Virus record (IMG/VR): IMGVR_UViG_3300045988_158059
Span: 1 to 64,000 of that record
From: a virus
Strand: one strand, 5' to 3'
DNA length: 64,000 nucleotides
Numbering within the stretch: the first letter of the stretch is position 1; every line of letters begins with the position of its first letter. The notes under the pieces were generated by a model, which saw only the letters and a list, made by a program, of their open reading frames with translations, was not told the origin of the DNA and did no database searches. Both the position numbers and the translations under genes were made by a program. Shown here in pieces: positions 9,224-17,682 of this stretch.

Positions 9224-9778
9224 TTAATTTCTATTGATTACATTAATCTGGCAGCTTTCCATTACATCAAGAGCCGCTTTATGCTTTTCCGGTGTTGATC
9301 CTGCGCAGCATGATGCATCCACTGTGATTTTTGCCTCTGGATAATAAGTTTTAATCAAAAGAGCGTTCGTAATAACACAAATGTCTGTGCATACTCCAAT
9401 AATTTCAATATCTAATAAAGAAGAATCATATGCGATACCAAATGTTTCTTCCCAATCCCAGTCATCAAATCCAAAAGTAGATTTACAACATACCATAAAA
9501 CTATCGAGATTTTTATAATCAAGTTCATCAACAATTTCCCAACCTTTAGTACCATACATACAATGTTCAGGAAGTTTTCTGCCCTCTGAAGTATCTGCGT
9601 AATCTGAATGATGAGTATCCTTTGTAAGAATTACATAGTTCTTATTATTCTTATATTCATCAAATTTCTTTTTCACATTTGGTACAATAGCTTGTGCTTC
9701 CGGTGTTCCAAGAACTCCTGTCACAAAATCATTCTGCACATCAATTACAATCAGAACTTTCTTCTTCTCTTTTTCCAT
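9224..9778 (-). CDS. isochorismatase-family hydrolase (nicotinamidase PncA-like)
   Basis: VLIVIDVQNDF and IIGVCTDICV (catalytic Cys) are the isochorismatase/PncA signatures. Start placed at MEKEKKK (ATG 9776-9778), preceded by a GGGAG ribosome-binding site. Confidence 0.7.
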   Translation of the reverse strand: MEKEKKKVLIVIDVQNDFVTGVLGTPEAQAIVPNVKKKFDEYKNNKNYVILTKDTHHSDYADTSEGRKLPEHCMYGTKGWEIVDELDYKNLDSFMVCCKSTFGFDDWDWEETFGIAYDSSLLDIEIIGVCTDICVITNALLIKTYYPEAKITVDASCCAGSTPEKHKAALDVMESCQINVINRN

Positions 9779-10100
9779 TTTTATTCTCCCATTCTTTAAT
9801 TTGCTGTGCTCCATCTTCAACTTGCTGCTTATCATGTCTTGAATAATTATCTGCTGGACCATAAGCACCTTTATGTCGATATGAAGCATGTCCTTTACGA
9901 GTATTAGTTTTTACTGCAGTACCACCTCGACCAAGCAAACCATTATGACCTTTTGCTAATATACCAGATTTAAATTCAGGTTCATCAATCCATTCTCCAA
10001 GATATCTTCCGGAATATTTTTGGCCCTTAATTAATCTGCGTCTCTTTTTAATACTTTTTAACCTTTGTTCTCTCAAATATCCTCTTTTACGTTCCGGCAT
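9741..10100 (-). CDS. hypothetical basic protein
   Basis: Arg/Lys-rich 119 aa. GGAGG ribosome-binding site 7 nt upstream of the ATG. Confidence 0.4.
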   Translation of the reverse strand: MPERKRGYLREQRLKSIKKRRRLIKGQKYSGRYLGEWIDEPEFKSGILAKGHNGLLGRGGTAVKTNTRKGHASYRHKGAYGPADNYSRHDKQQVEDGAQQIKEWENKNGKREEESSDCN

Positions 10101-10102
10101 TA

Positions 10103-10402
10103 CTATTCCTCCAGTCTATACAAAATAATTGGTCCACCTTCAATATAGAACGTCGCATTGTAATCTATAAATTCTCTAGCCTCATCTTCTGTCATATCCT
10201 CATGGTTAACTAAAGATTCAATCATTTTTTCGTAATCATATATTGCTCTATCATCAGAAGAAATACCAAGAAATGCATCTTCATAAGATGGATTTGTAAA
10301 AAATATCGTCCCCTCGTATCCGGCCTCTAATAACAACCGTTCTGTTTTTGATGCTTGATCTTCATATATATTATCTGATGTAAGTTCTGACATATCTACC
10401 AT
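10103..10402 (-). CDS. hypothetical acidic protein
   Basis: 99 aa ORF translationally coupled to its neighbours. Confidence 0.35.
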   Translation of the reverse strand: MVDMSELTSDNIYEDQASKTERLLLEAGYEGTIFFTNPSYEDAFLGISSDDRAIYDYEKMIESLVNHEDMTEDEAREFIDYNATFYIEGGPIILYRLEE

Positions 10403-11145
10403 TATGCGATCCTCACAATCTGTTCATATATAACTATATCTTTTATTGTTATTGCTTTATTGTCGTGGTAATGCCCACACAACCAACGCTTATAATCAAC
10501 ATTGCGCCTTATTTCTTCCAGATAATTTGTTAACTTATCCGGCTTATATAGTCCATGTGATAATAATGCTGCTGTAGAAGAAGCTGTACAATGTGTTAAG
10601 ATAAAATCTACCTTATTATTATGTTCTGCCAGATTCTTTATACCCTCATCCATCTCTTCTTGATTTGGCATTTCTCGTTCCCACCATGAAATATGATTGA
10701 TTCGGTACATTTTATCTGGATCATCTCTCCATTCCTTTACTCTTGGATCGTCAATCTCTAATACTCCATCTGAAATATCATGACTGGCAGCCCCTCCAAA
10801 GGTAAAGAATTTTAATCCGTCTATATCAAATACCTGTCCTCTCATAAGATGAATTATCGATGGTTTAATAAAATGCACCTTACCACCATGCCATTCTTCT
10901 ACCGGATAAGAATCTAATATATCGTAATTCTCATGATTTCCGTCAATAAAGAGTGTTGTGAAATGCTTCTCTTCAAGCCAATTCAGATACCACCTTTGCT
11001 GCGGTGAATCTCTCCATATCCCAAAATCTCCAAGAATTATCACATAATCGTCCTTCGACATCTCACGCTGTTCGGGGAAAGAATCCATATTAACTCTATG
11101 GATCCAATCCCCATGCGTATCTCCGGTTACCCAGATTATTGGCAT
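10402..11145 (-). CDS. calcineurin-like metallophosphoesterase
   Basis: VTGDTHGD, ILGDFG and IDGNHEN are metallophosphatase motifs I-III. The track start is TTG; the ATG at MPIIW is preferred here. Confidence 0.75.
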   Translation of the reverse strand: MPIIWVTGDTHGDWIHRVNMDSFPEQREMSKDDYVIILGDFGIWRDSPQQRWYLNWLEEKHFTTLFIDGNHENYDILDSYPVEEWHGGKVHFIKPSIIHLMRGQVFDIDGLKFFTFGGAASHDISDGVLEIDDPRVKEWRDDPDKMYRINHISWWEREMPNQEEMDEGIKNLAEHNNKVDFILTHCTASSTAALLSHGLYKPDKLTNYLEEIRRNVDYKRWLCGHYHDNKAITIKDIVIYEQIVRIA

Positions 11146-11294
11146 AACCCCCAAATGAAGTAGTTAACGCTTAACATAAGTAATGATATTGCAGAAGGCC
11201 AATAACCATCCGGAACAACATTATTCATAACAACGCTCATGCATATCACACTGATAATGAAAAACACAATATTTTTTAATATCGTTTTAATCAT
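11136..11294 (-). CDS. small hydrophobic protein (micro-ORF, 52 aa)
   Basis: Hand-translated MIKTILKNIVFFIISVICMS... Its ATG overlaps the upstream stop (TAATG), with GGAG upstream. Absent from the track because it is under 60 aa. Confidence 0.35.
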   Translation of the reverse strand: MIKTILKNIVFFIISVICMSVVMNNVVPDGYWPSAISLLMLSVNYFIWGLCQ

Positions 11295-11770
11295 TATTTC
11301 GTTAACTCCTTATACTGATCAAGCAAGGCCGCCAGTTCTGGATTCTCAGTCGCATACATTTCATATTTCTTTGTTACATCCATCTGTTTGATAACGGCAT
11401 CCATATCTTTTTTAAGCTTCTCAGCTTTCTTTCTATTTTCAACACGCTGGTCATATGCAGATGTATCAACTCTACAGATAATTTCAGCAGTAATATTTTT
11501 ATTATATTTTACTTCTGCTTCCGGTACTGTTAAAATTTCTTTAATTGTCAGAACATCTTTGTTACAACCACTTACTAAAACCTGGTCTCCGGCTTTATAT
11601 GTATTGCCATCGTCAAAGACTGCATAATAATAGTCTTTCTTACAACAACAAGTTACTTCTTCAATTACTGCTACTGCATAATATCCTGTTAATTTTGCCA
11701 TTTGTCCATTCTCCTCTTCTAATTTAATTATATTTAACAAATAACCTTCATACGTTTTAAACTTAACCAT
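11294..11770 (-). CDS. hypothetical protein
   Basis: 158 aa ORF. No motif. Confidence 0.4.
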   Translation of the reverse strand: MVKFKTYEGYLLNIIKLEEENGQMAKLTGYYAVAVIEEVTCCCKKDYYYAVFDDGNTYKAGDQVLVSGCNKDVLTIKEILTVPEAEVKYNKNITAEIICRVDTSAYDQRVENRKKAEKLKKDMDAVIKQMDVTKKYEMYATENPELAALLDQYKELTK

Positions 11771-11776
11771 ATCTGC

Positions 11777-11950
11777 TTACTTCCCAAATACTGATTTAAG
11801 TAATAAGAATACAAGCCAAATTCCTGTAGCAATCAACCAGCTGAAAGCGACCCCGAAACATAATGTGATCAATTTTATAATTACACATGTTACGATCCAA
11901 CTTAAAGCTAATGCCAATAATGACACAATAATAAGTAAAATTCCCGTCAT
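11777..11950 (-). CDS. small membrane protein (57 aa) coupled to the SPFH gene
   Basis: Hand-translated MTGILLIIVSLLALALSWIV...: two TM helices. ATG 1 nt after the SPFH stop (GGAGAATAAtATG). Confidence 0.45.
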   Translation of the reverse strand: MTGILLIIVSLLALALSWIVTCVIIKLITLCFGVAFSWLIATGIWLVFLLLKSVFGK

Positions 11951-11951
11951 A

Positions 11952-12914
11952 TTATTCTCCTTTTACAGTTGCCGTTCCTGATGTTAAGTCTCCTGCGTCA
12001 ACAATTGTTGCTGCATTTCCACCTTGCACCTTCGGCACATCACCATTCCATTTATCAATTTTCTGTTTCTCAATAAGCTCTGGAGTAAGAGACTCAGCAA
12101 TTTTCTTATTTGCTTCTGCTTCAGCATCCGCTTTAATTCTTGTTGCTTCCGCTTTACCTTCAGCAGTGATCTTCGCCTGTTCAGCCTCAATAGCGGCCTT
12201 TTCTTTATCCTGTTCTGCTGCAATAAGAGCAACTTCTTTATCTTTATCTGCCTGTACCTTTGCAGTCTTAGCTTCAATATTTGCAAGTTCCAGTTCCTGC
12301 TGTGCATTTACTTTCTTCTGAATAGCTGCCTGAGTTTCATCATCGGTTGAAATCGAAGTAAAGTTTACAGTATCAATGATAATTCCATATGGCTCAAATT
12401 TCTTTTTTAAGTATTTGTCAAGTGCTTCATTCAGTTCCTGGCGTTTATCACCAAATACATCTGTTACCGGATACTTAGCAGTTACTTCCTGTGTCCACGC
12501 TTTCATCTTTGGTTTAATGAAAGTATTTTTTACACTTTCACCGGACTGACCTTTAAATCTTGTAAATACATCAGCAACTTGATCCTGATCGAACTTATAA
12601 GAGAATTCCAAATCAACAAGAAGCTGTTTTCCATCAGCAGTAGGTGTTTTAAAACTCTCATCTTTTGGTGAATCACCTTTATCTTCTGAAGTCAGATAAG
12701 ACTGTTCAATACCAATTGAATACAGTGATGTTTTTACTGTAGGTGAAATCAAATGCCATCCCTGTGGAAGAGTATCATTTGAAATTCCGCCGTTCATCTT
12801 GTATTCTACAGCTACATAACCAGCAGGAACTCTTACCGTACACTTTGCTACACAAATTAATCCTGCTACAATTATTACTGCTAATCCAACCCCACCTAAA
12901 AATCCTTTTCTCAT
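11952..12914 (-). CDS. SPFH/band-7 (stomatin/prohibitin/HflKC-like) membrane protein
   Basis: N-terminal TM anchor, SPFH-like core, then a long A/E/K-rich coiled coil. Confidence 0.6.
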   Translation of the reverse strand: MRKGFLGGVGLAVIIVAGLICVAKCTVRVPAGYVAVEYKMNGGISNDTLPQGWHLISPTVKTSLYSIGIEQSYLTSEDKGDSPKDESFKTPTADGKQLLVDLEFSYKFDQDQVADVFTRFKGQSGESVKNTFIKPKMKAWTQEVTAKYPVTDVFGDKRQELNEALDKYLKKKFEPYGIIIDTVNFTSISTDDETQAAIQKKVNAQQELELANIEAKTAKVQADKDKEVALIAAEQDKEKAAIEAEQAKITAEGKAEATRIKADAEAEANKKIAESLTPELIEKQKIDKWNGDVPKVQGGNAATIVDAGDLTSGTATVKGE

Positions 12915-13081
12915 TACTCATTCTCCTTATCTTTTTCTTTATTTTCTTCTCTATTTATTTCATCTGCTGCATCTTTCCAGATCCTATGTAAGAATCTACC
13001 AAATGGATAAAACAATGCAGATAATAGAAACCATAAAATTACTGCTCCAACTAATACTAAAAATATAAATACCGGATTCAT
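12914..13081 (-). CDS. small membrane protein (55 aa), NfeD-like partner of the SPFH gene
   Basis: Hand-translated MNPVFIFLVLVGAVILWFLLSALFYPFGRFL... AAGGAGAA ribosome-binding site. Its stop overlaps the SPFH ATG (TAATG). Confidence 0.45.
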   Translation of the reverse strand: MNPVFIFLVLVGAVILWFLLSALFYPFGRFLHRIWKDAADEINREENKEKDKENE

Positions 13082-13095
13082 ATAATTCTCCTTAC

Positions 13096-13125
13096 TACGG
13101 TATGCGTGTTCTTACGCATACCGTA
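13096..13125. other. perfect 12-bp hairpin (tacggtatgcgt / acgcataccgta, 6-nt loop)
   Basis: Seen directly in the sequence, between the coiled-coil gene stop and the micro-ORF. Possible RNA processing or stability element, or attenuator. Confidence 0.35.
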
Positions 13126-13136
13126 TAATTAAATTA

Positions 13137-14117
13137 TCATTTATTATTCTGCTGAGTCTGACCGTTCAGAATTTTAACTCCACCGGTAGATTCTACAGTC
13201 TTAGCAGCAAGTTCTCTCATCTGAGCATATGCATCGTCAAGTTTCTGCTGTAATTCAACTTTTTCTGCTCTCGCATTAGCCAGATCCTCTGCAAGTCTTT
13301 CATTTTTATCTTCCAGAAGCTGTTTCTGATATTCAGCATCTTTCTTAAGTGCTCTGACCTCAAACGCATTTGATTTATCAGCATCGGCTTTACCTTTTTT
13401 AATACCTTCCTCTGTTGCTGCTGCAATCAATGTCGGAATCTCTTCTACTTTTGCTTCTAATTCCTTTACATGATCAGATTTTGCATTCAGTTCTGTTTCT
13501 TTCTCAAGAGCCGCTGTTTCTCTAAGTTCCAAAATCTTTTCTCTAGCAGCTTTCTCATCTTCCCACTTATCATTTTCAGCTTTACGACTACGTTTCAGAT
13601 TATAGGTATATTCATCTTCCTCACGGCTACGAGTTAATTTAATTTCATTTTCTCTTGCTTTAGCTTCTGCATTGATAGAATCAATAATTTCCTGTTTCTG
13701 CTGCTTCAGTGCCTCAATTTCAGCTTTCAGTGTATCTTTTTTCTCACCCAATTCAGCTTCAATCTCTGCTTCTTTCGCTGCCTGAGTCTCTTTTAACTCT
13801 TCATTTTTCTCTTTATAAGCATTGATCATAGCTGCCATAGCATTTGCTTTTGTCTCAATGCCATATAATTCATCTAACTCAAGCTGTTTAATTTCAATAG
13901 CTTCTGTAAGATCATTGTATTTCTTGATAATCTCTGGATTAAAGATATCCTCTTTTGCTGTTGCATCTGCAGATTCGATAACTTCTACCTTTTTAGCCTT
14001 CGCTGCTTCTTTTGCAGGATCATCAATCATTCGGTCTCTTGTATCAAGTTTCTCCACTGCTGCCTTATACGCTTCCATAATTTCTGCCTTTGTTGATTTC
14101 ATTGTAATTTCTGCCAT
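13137..14117 (-). CDS. hypothetical K/E/A-rich coiled-coil protein
   Basis: 326 aa, almost entirely heptad-like charged repeats. Confidence 0.45.
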   Translation of the reverse strand: MAEITMKSTKAEIMEAYKAAVEKLDTRDRMIDDPAKEAAKAKKVEVIESADATAKEDIFNPEIIKKYNDLTEAIEIKQLELDELYGIETKANAMAAMINAYKEKNEELKETQAAKEAEIEAELGEKKDTLKAEIEALKQQKQEIIDSINAEAKARENEIKLTRSREEDEYTYNLKRSRKAENDKWEDEKAAREKILELRETAALEKETELNAKSDHVKELEAKVEEIPTLIAAATEEGIKKGKADADKSNAFEVRALKKDAEYQKQLLEDKNERLAEDLANARAEKVELQQKLDDAYAQMRELAAKTVESTGGVKILNGQTQQNNK

Positions 14118-14142
14118 GTTTTTAGTTCTCCTTTTTCTCCGT

Positions 14143-14155
14143 ATTTTGTTTAATT
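14143..14155 (-). promoter_or_regulatory. conserved intergenic motif, GTTTAATTAAATT class (representative instance)
   Basis: One of about 25 near-identical AT-rich palindromic motifs, each 15-25 nt upstream of a minus-strand start codon. See the findings for the full list. Confidence 0.5.
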
Positions 14156-14185
14156 AAATTTTTATATCAAAGCTTTAATAGCTTA

Positions 14186-14713
14186 TCAATCATTATTAAT
14201 GCCATCTTTATACAGAACGATCTTTTTCTCTTCGAGTGATCTCTGCACATCAATTACTCTTTGATTAGTTGATCCAGCCCAATGATAATTTACATCTGCC
14301 AAATCTTTCTGAAACATACCGTCTACAATTACATTTGTATTTAACAAAATATCTGTTAAAATAGGAAATGCTTCTTCTATAATTTCATTCCAAGTGTATC
14401 CAGTATAAATCCAAATAGATTTAGAATTACCATATCTTGATTTAATTTTACTTATTAAATTACAAACTTCAACTCTGTTGTTTTCATTTAACGGATCTCC
14501 TCCAGAAAAAGTAATTCCAGAAATATAATCATTATCAAGCTGTTCAAAAATCTCTTCTATTGCTGTATTATCAAATGGAATTCCAGATTTGGTGTCCCAT
14601 GTTTCCGGGTTTTGACAGCCATTGCAATAATGATCACAACCGGAAACAAAAAGCGTGACTCTTAATCCTGGTCCATTGTTCATGTCATCATGTTTAATAT
14701 CGTGATAATTCAT
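14186..14713 (-). CDS. nrdG: anaerobic ribonucleotide reductase activating protein (radical SAM)
   Basis: VSGCDHYCNGCQNPETW carries the CxxxCxxC radical-SAM cluster. Immediately downstream of nrdD. Confidence 0.85.
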   Translation of the reverse strand: MNYHDIKHDDMNNGPGLRVTLFVSGCDHYCNGCQNPETWDTKSGIPFDNTAIEEIFEQLDNDYISGITFSGGDPLNENNRVEVCNLISKIKSRYGNSKSIWIYTGYTWNEIIEEAFPILTDILLNTNVIVDGMFQKDLADVNYHWAGSTNQRVIDVQRSLEEKKIVLYKDGINND

Positions 14714-16890
14714 TACATTGATTTCCTCTCTGCGATTTCAACCATCTTCGCTTTATTTAATCGTGTATCTCCATGGACTCTACTATAAGACAAATATCCA
14801 TTCATACGGTCAATCTTTGTCAGATTCTTGGAACCACAGACCGGACACACGTCCATTTCAAGTTCCTCATGCCCACAGTCATCACAATAGGCAAGTGAAA
14901 GATTTACACCTTCATAATATCCCAGAGACATGGCTCTTCTAACTAATGTAACTACGGCCTCACGATTATAATTGATTGGATACCGAACATATTGAATTTT
15001 GCCTCCATTAAACAGATCCCAGAATCTATTTTCTAAATCCTGCTTCTGAATCGGTGTAATATCTTCCCACACTCCACAGTGGAAACTGTTGCTCACATAT
15101 TCTCTGTCAGAAACCCCTTTCACAATGCCATACATTTTACGGAATTGTTCTACCTGAAGCCCGCAAAGGCTCTCGGCTGGAGTTCCATAAATCGCATATA
15201 ATAATCCATCCTCATGTTTAAATTGAGTAATCTTTTTATTAATGTATTTCATTACATCTACAGCAAACTTACCATCCTCAACTAATGACTTCTTATTATA
15301 AAGTTCCTGCAATTCATTCAAAGCAGTAATTCCAAATGATAAAGTCATAGGTTTAAGAATTGAACGTATTTTTTCATCTGGTTTTAAATAACCATTAAGG
15401 AAACCACCTTCACAGTATGCCAATGGATTCGTACTAGCTTTCATTTCACCAATATAGTCATATGTTCTCTTATGAATGCTACGTATCATCTCAAGATAAT
15501 AATCCAATACTTCATAGAAATCTCTACTTTCACGCTGCGCTTTTGCCAAAATCATTGGAAGATGAAGGCTTACAACACCAAGATTGAAACGTCCTTCAAA
15601 AATTGCTTTATCGTTCTCATCCTCCGGTTCTATTCCACCTTTTTCATACCAAGGGCTTAAGAATGCACGACATCCCATTGGACTAACAACCGTACCATAT
15701 TTTTTGTACATACTTGGTACATATCCTTCACCTGTTAAAGATAACCAGTCTGGATACATTGTCTTCATACTACATTCAATACCTGCATTAAATACATCTT
15801 CATTAACCTTTCCTGGTCCATGTAACTTCTCATCATATAAAAATACCAATTTGGGGAATAACACAGGTTTCTTATTACCGGCTTTACCTTGGCCTTCTTT
15901 ATGAACATTTAAGAATGTAATAGAAGCCATTTTACCAAATTTTGTGGTTGAGAGACCGAATGTCATTGTTACAAATGGATAATCACCTCTTGATGATCCT
16001 ACAGTATTTAACTTATATTCAATTCCCTGCCAGCCCTGTTCAAAATCACGTTTTACTTTATTTGTTGCATATTCACAAGCTTTTTCTTCAATCAAATGTT
16101 CTGATGTTGAAAAAGCATCAACATAAACACCATCAATATCGGAATCAAAAACTTCAAAAAATTCTTTATAATATTTCTGATAACTTTTTTCTGCATATGG
16201 TTCCAAAATCTTGTCTACTTCCGGTACTGTGAATCCGCCATACTGCTGTGCAGCAGTGCTCAGGATAATATCACCCATAACATCAAACGCAGTATCCAGT
16301 GTCTTAGGCTCATTGTACCATACATTTCCCATCTCAAATCCGCCGCTGAGTACAGATGCCACATCAAAGAGACAGCAGTTCATGGTATCCAGACGTGCAG
16401 ACTGGTCATGAATATAAATATAACCATCTTTACATGCCTGAAGTTCATTACGATTCATAAAAAATTTACGATAAAGCTCTTTGTTCAGTTCATTAAAGAT
16501 CAGGCTTCGCTTTGTAGCTACAAGCGCACTGTCTGTATTGGCATTACTCTTATCACCAATATAACGGATTGCCTGACTCTTGGTGAAAACGTCATCCATC
16601 ATATGAACAAATTCTTTCTTATAATTACGATAATCTTTATAAGACTTTGCAATCTTTGGATTAAATTCATCCAATGCGGATTCTACTGCATTATGTAATT
16701 CTTCTACTGTACATGTGGTATTTTCATCTATGTCATCAGCAATAAGCTCGTCCCAAACAAGATCTATGATTCTTTTATAATCATCATTTGTTAACTCGAC
16801 CATTACTCGTGATGCTGACTTATTTACGGCATCAACAATTTTCTGATCGTTAAAAGGTTCAACTGTTAAATCCTTTTTAACTACATTCAT
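14713..16890 (-). CDS. nrdD: anaerobic ribonucleoside-triphosphate reductase (class III)
   Basis: 725 aa; C-terminal Zn ribbon CDDCGHE...CPVCG and the glycyl-radical-like RMNGYLSY. ATG verified at 16888-16890. Confidence 0.9.
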   Translation of the reverse strand: MNVVKKDLTVEPFNDQKIVDAVNKSASRVMVELTNDDYKRIIDLVWDELIADDIDENTTCTVEELHNAVESALDEFNPKIAKSYKDYRNYKKEFVHMMDDVFTKSQAIRYIGDKSNANTDSALVATKRSLIFNELNKELYRKFFMNRNELQACKDGYIYIHDQSARLDTMNCCLFDVASVLSGGFEMGNVWYNEPKTLDTAFDVMGDIILSTAAQQYGGFTVPEVDKILEPYAEKSYQKYYKEFFEVFDSDIDGVYVDAFSTSEHLIEEKACEYATNKVKRDFEQGWQGIEYKLNTVGSSRGDYPFVTMTFGLSTTKFGKMASITFLNVHKEGQGKAGNKKPVLFPKLVFLYDEKLHGPGKVNEDVFNAGIECSMKTMYPDWLSLTGEGYVPSMYKKYGTVVSPMGCRAFLSPWYEKGGIEPEDENDKAIFEGRFNLGVVSLHLPMILAKAQRESRDFYEVLDYYLEMIRSIHKRTYDYIGEMKASTNPLAYCEGGFLNGYLKPDEKIRSILKPMTLSFGITALNELQELYNKKSLVEDGKFAVDVMKYINKKITQFKHEDGLLYAIYGTPAESLCGLQVEQFRKMYGIVKGVSDREYVSNSFHCGVWEDITPIQKQDLENRFWDLFNGGKIQYVRYPINYNREAVVTLVRRAMSLGYYEGVNLSLAYCDDCGHEELEMDVCPVCGSKNLTKIDRMNGYLSYSRVHGDTRLNKAKMVEIAERKSM

Positions 16891-17471
16891 AACGATTTCT
16901 CCTTTTCCATTTCACTCTTAAGTAAGTCACATAATGCTTCTGCAGCTTTCGAAAAGCTCATATCATTCACAAACAAGTGGTCATACCCTTCAGCTTCTTC
17001 ATATTTAGTGAATTGTTCATCTTCACTGTTATATCTGGAGTAAAATTCTTCTTCTGATCCATCTCTTTTAAGGAACCTGTCTTTTGCTAATTCAAATGGT
17101 GAAGAAAAATAAATCTCGATAAATTTAAATTCATCTTTGCAATGTTCTTTCAAATACTTTGCTCCGTTCGGATCAATTACATAAATATCTGAATTCACAA
17201 TTTCATTATATGTAGTGCCATATTTAATTCCGTTGATTTCAGTATACGCTACAAAGCCTTCTTTAAATTTAATTTCATCGAATTCACTCTCAGATACAAA
17301 GTAATGATCTTCATATCCTGTTATTTCATCTTTGCGCGGCAGTCTTGTTGTAATGCTTTTTACCTGTCGAAGTCCTAATGTCTCGCATATATATCTTGCA
17401 AGTGATGATTTACCAGAAGCGGTTCTTCCAATAAATAAAAATACTAACTTCTTATGCATTATTTGTTTCAT
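16887..17471 (-). CDS. gmk: guanylate kinase-like nucleoside monophosphate kinase
   Basis: GRTASGKSS P-loop plus TTRLPRKDEITGYEDHYFVSESEFDE...YGT, the guanylate-kinase signature. Start uncertain (MKQIMHKK versus MHKK). Confidence 0.7.
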   Translation of the reverse strand: MKQIMHKKLVFLFIGRTASGKSSLARYICETLGLRQVKSITTRLPRKDEITGYEDHYFVSESEFDEIKFKEGFVAYTEINGIKYGTTYNEIVNSDIYVIDPNGAKYLKEHCKDEFKFIEIYFSSPFELAKDRFLKRDGSEEEFYSRYNSEDEQFTKYEEAEGYDHLFVNDMSFSKAAEALCDLLKSEMEKEKSL

Positions 17472-17682
17472 TCCTTTCCGGTATATATAAGATGTGATGA
17501 TTTTCATCATTACACATAATCTTAAAAAGTCTTGTGCTTACATTGCCATCTGAATCAAGAAATCTTTTGCAAGTATCTTTCTTGCAGCACTCATTACCAT
17601 CTTTCTGGCAAAAATAATAACTATCTTTTTCATTATCGCATCCAACTACAATATTAGTTCCGTTTGCAAAATATACATTCAT
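17452..17682 (-). CDS. hypothetical small Cys-rich protein
   Basis: 76 aa; CQKDGNECCKKDTC. Confidence 0.3.
   Translation of the reverse strand: MNVYFANGTNIVVGCDNEKDSYYFCQKDGNECCKKDTCKRFLDSDGNVSTRLFKIMCNDENHHILYIPERNETNNA

Noticed and set aside
11984-12307. 107 aa Arg/Lys/Leu-rich ORF inside the SPFH gene (alternate frame), and 13217-13426 inside the coiled-coil gene
   Set aside because: Low-complexity alternate-frame reading of the GAA/AAG-rich coiled-coil coding sequence.
13096-13125. 12-bp hairpin as an intrinsic terminator for the minus-strand coiled-coil gene
   Set aside because: No U-tract follows on the minus strand. The hairpin abuts the next ribosome-binding site. Kept only as a generic RNA hairpin.
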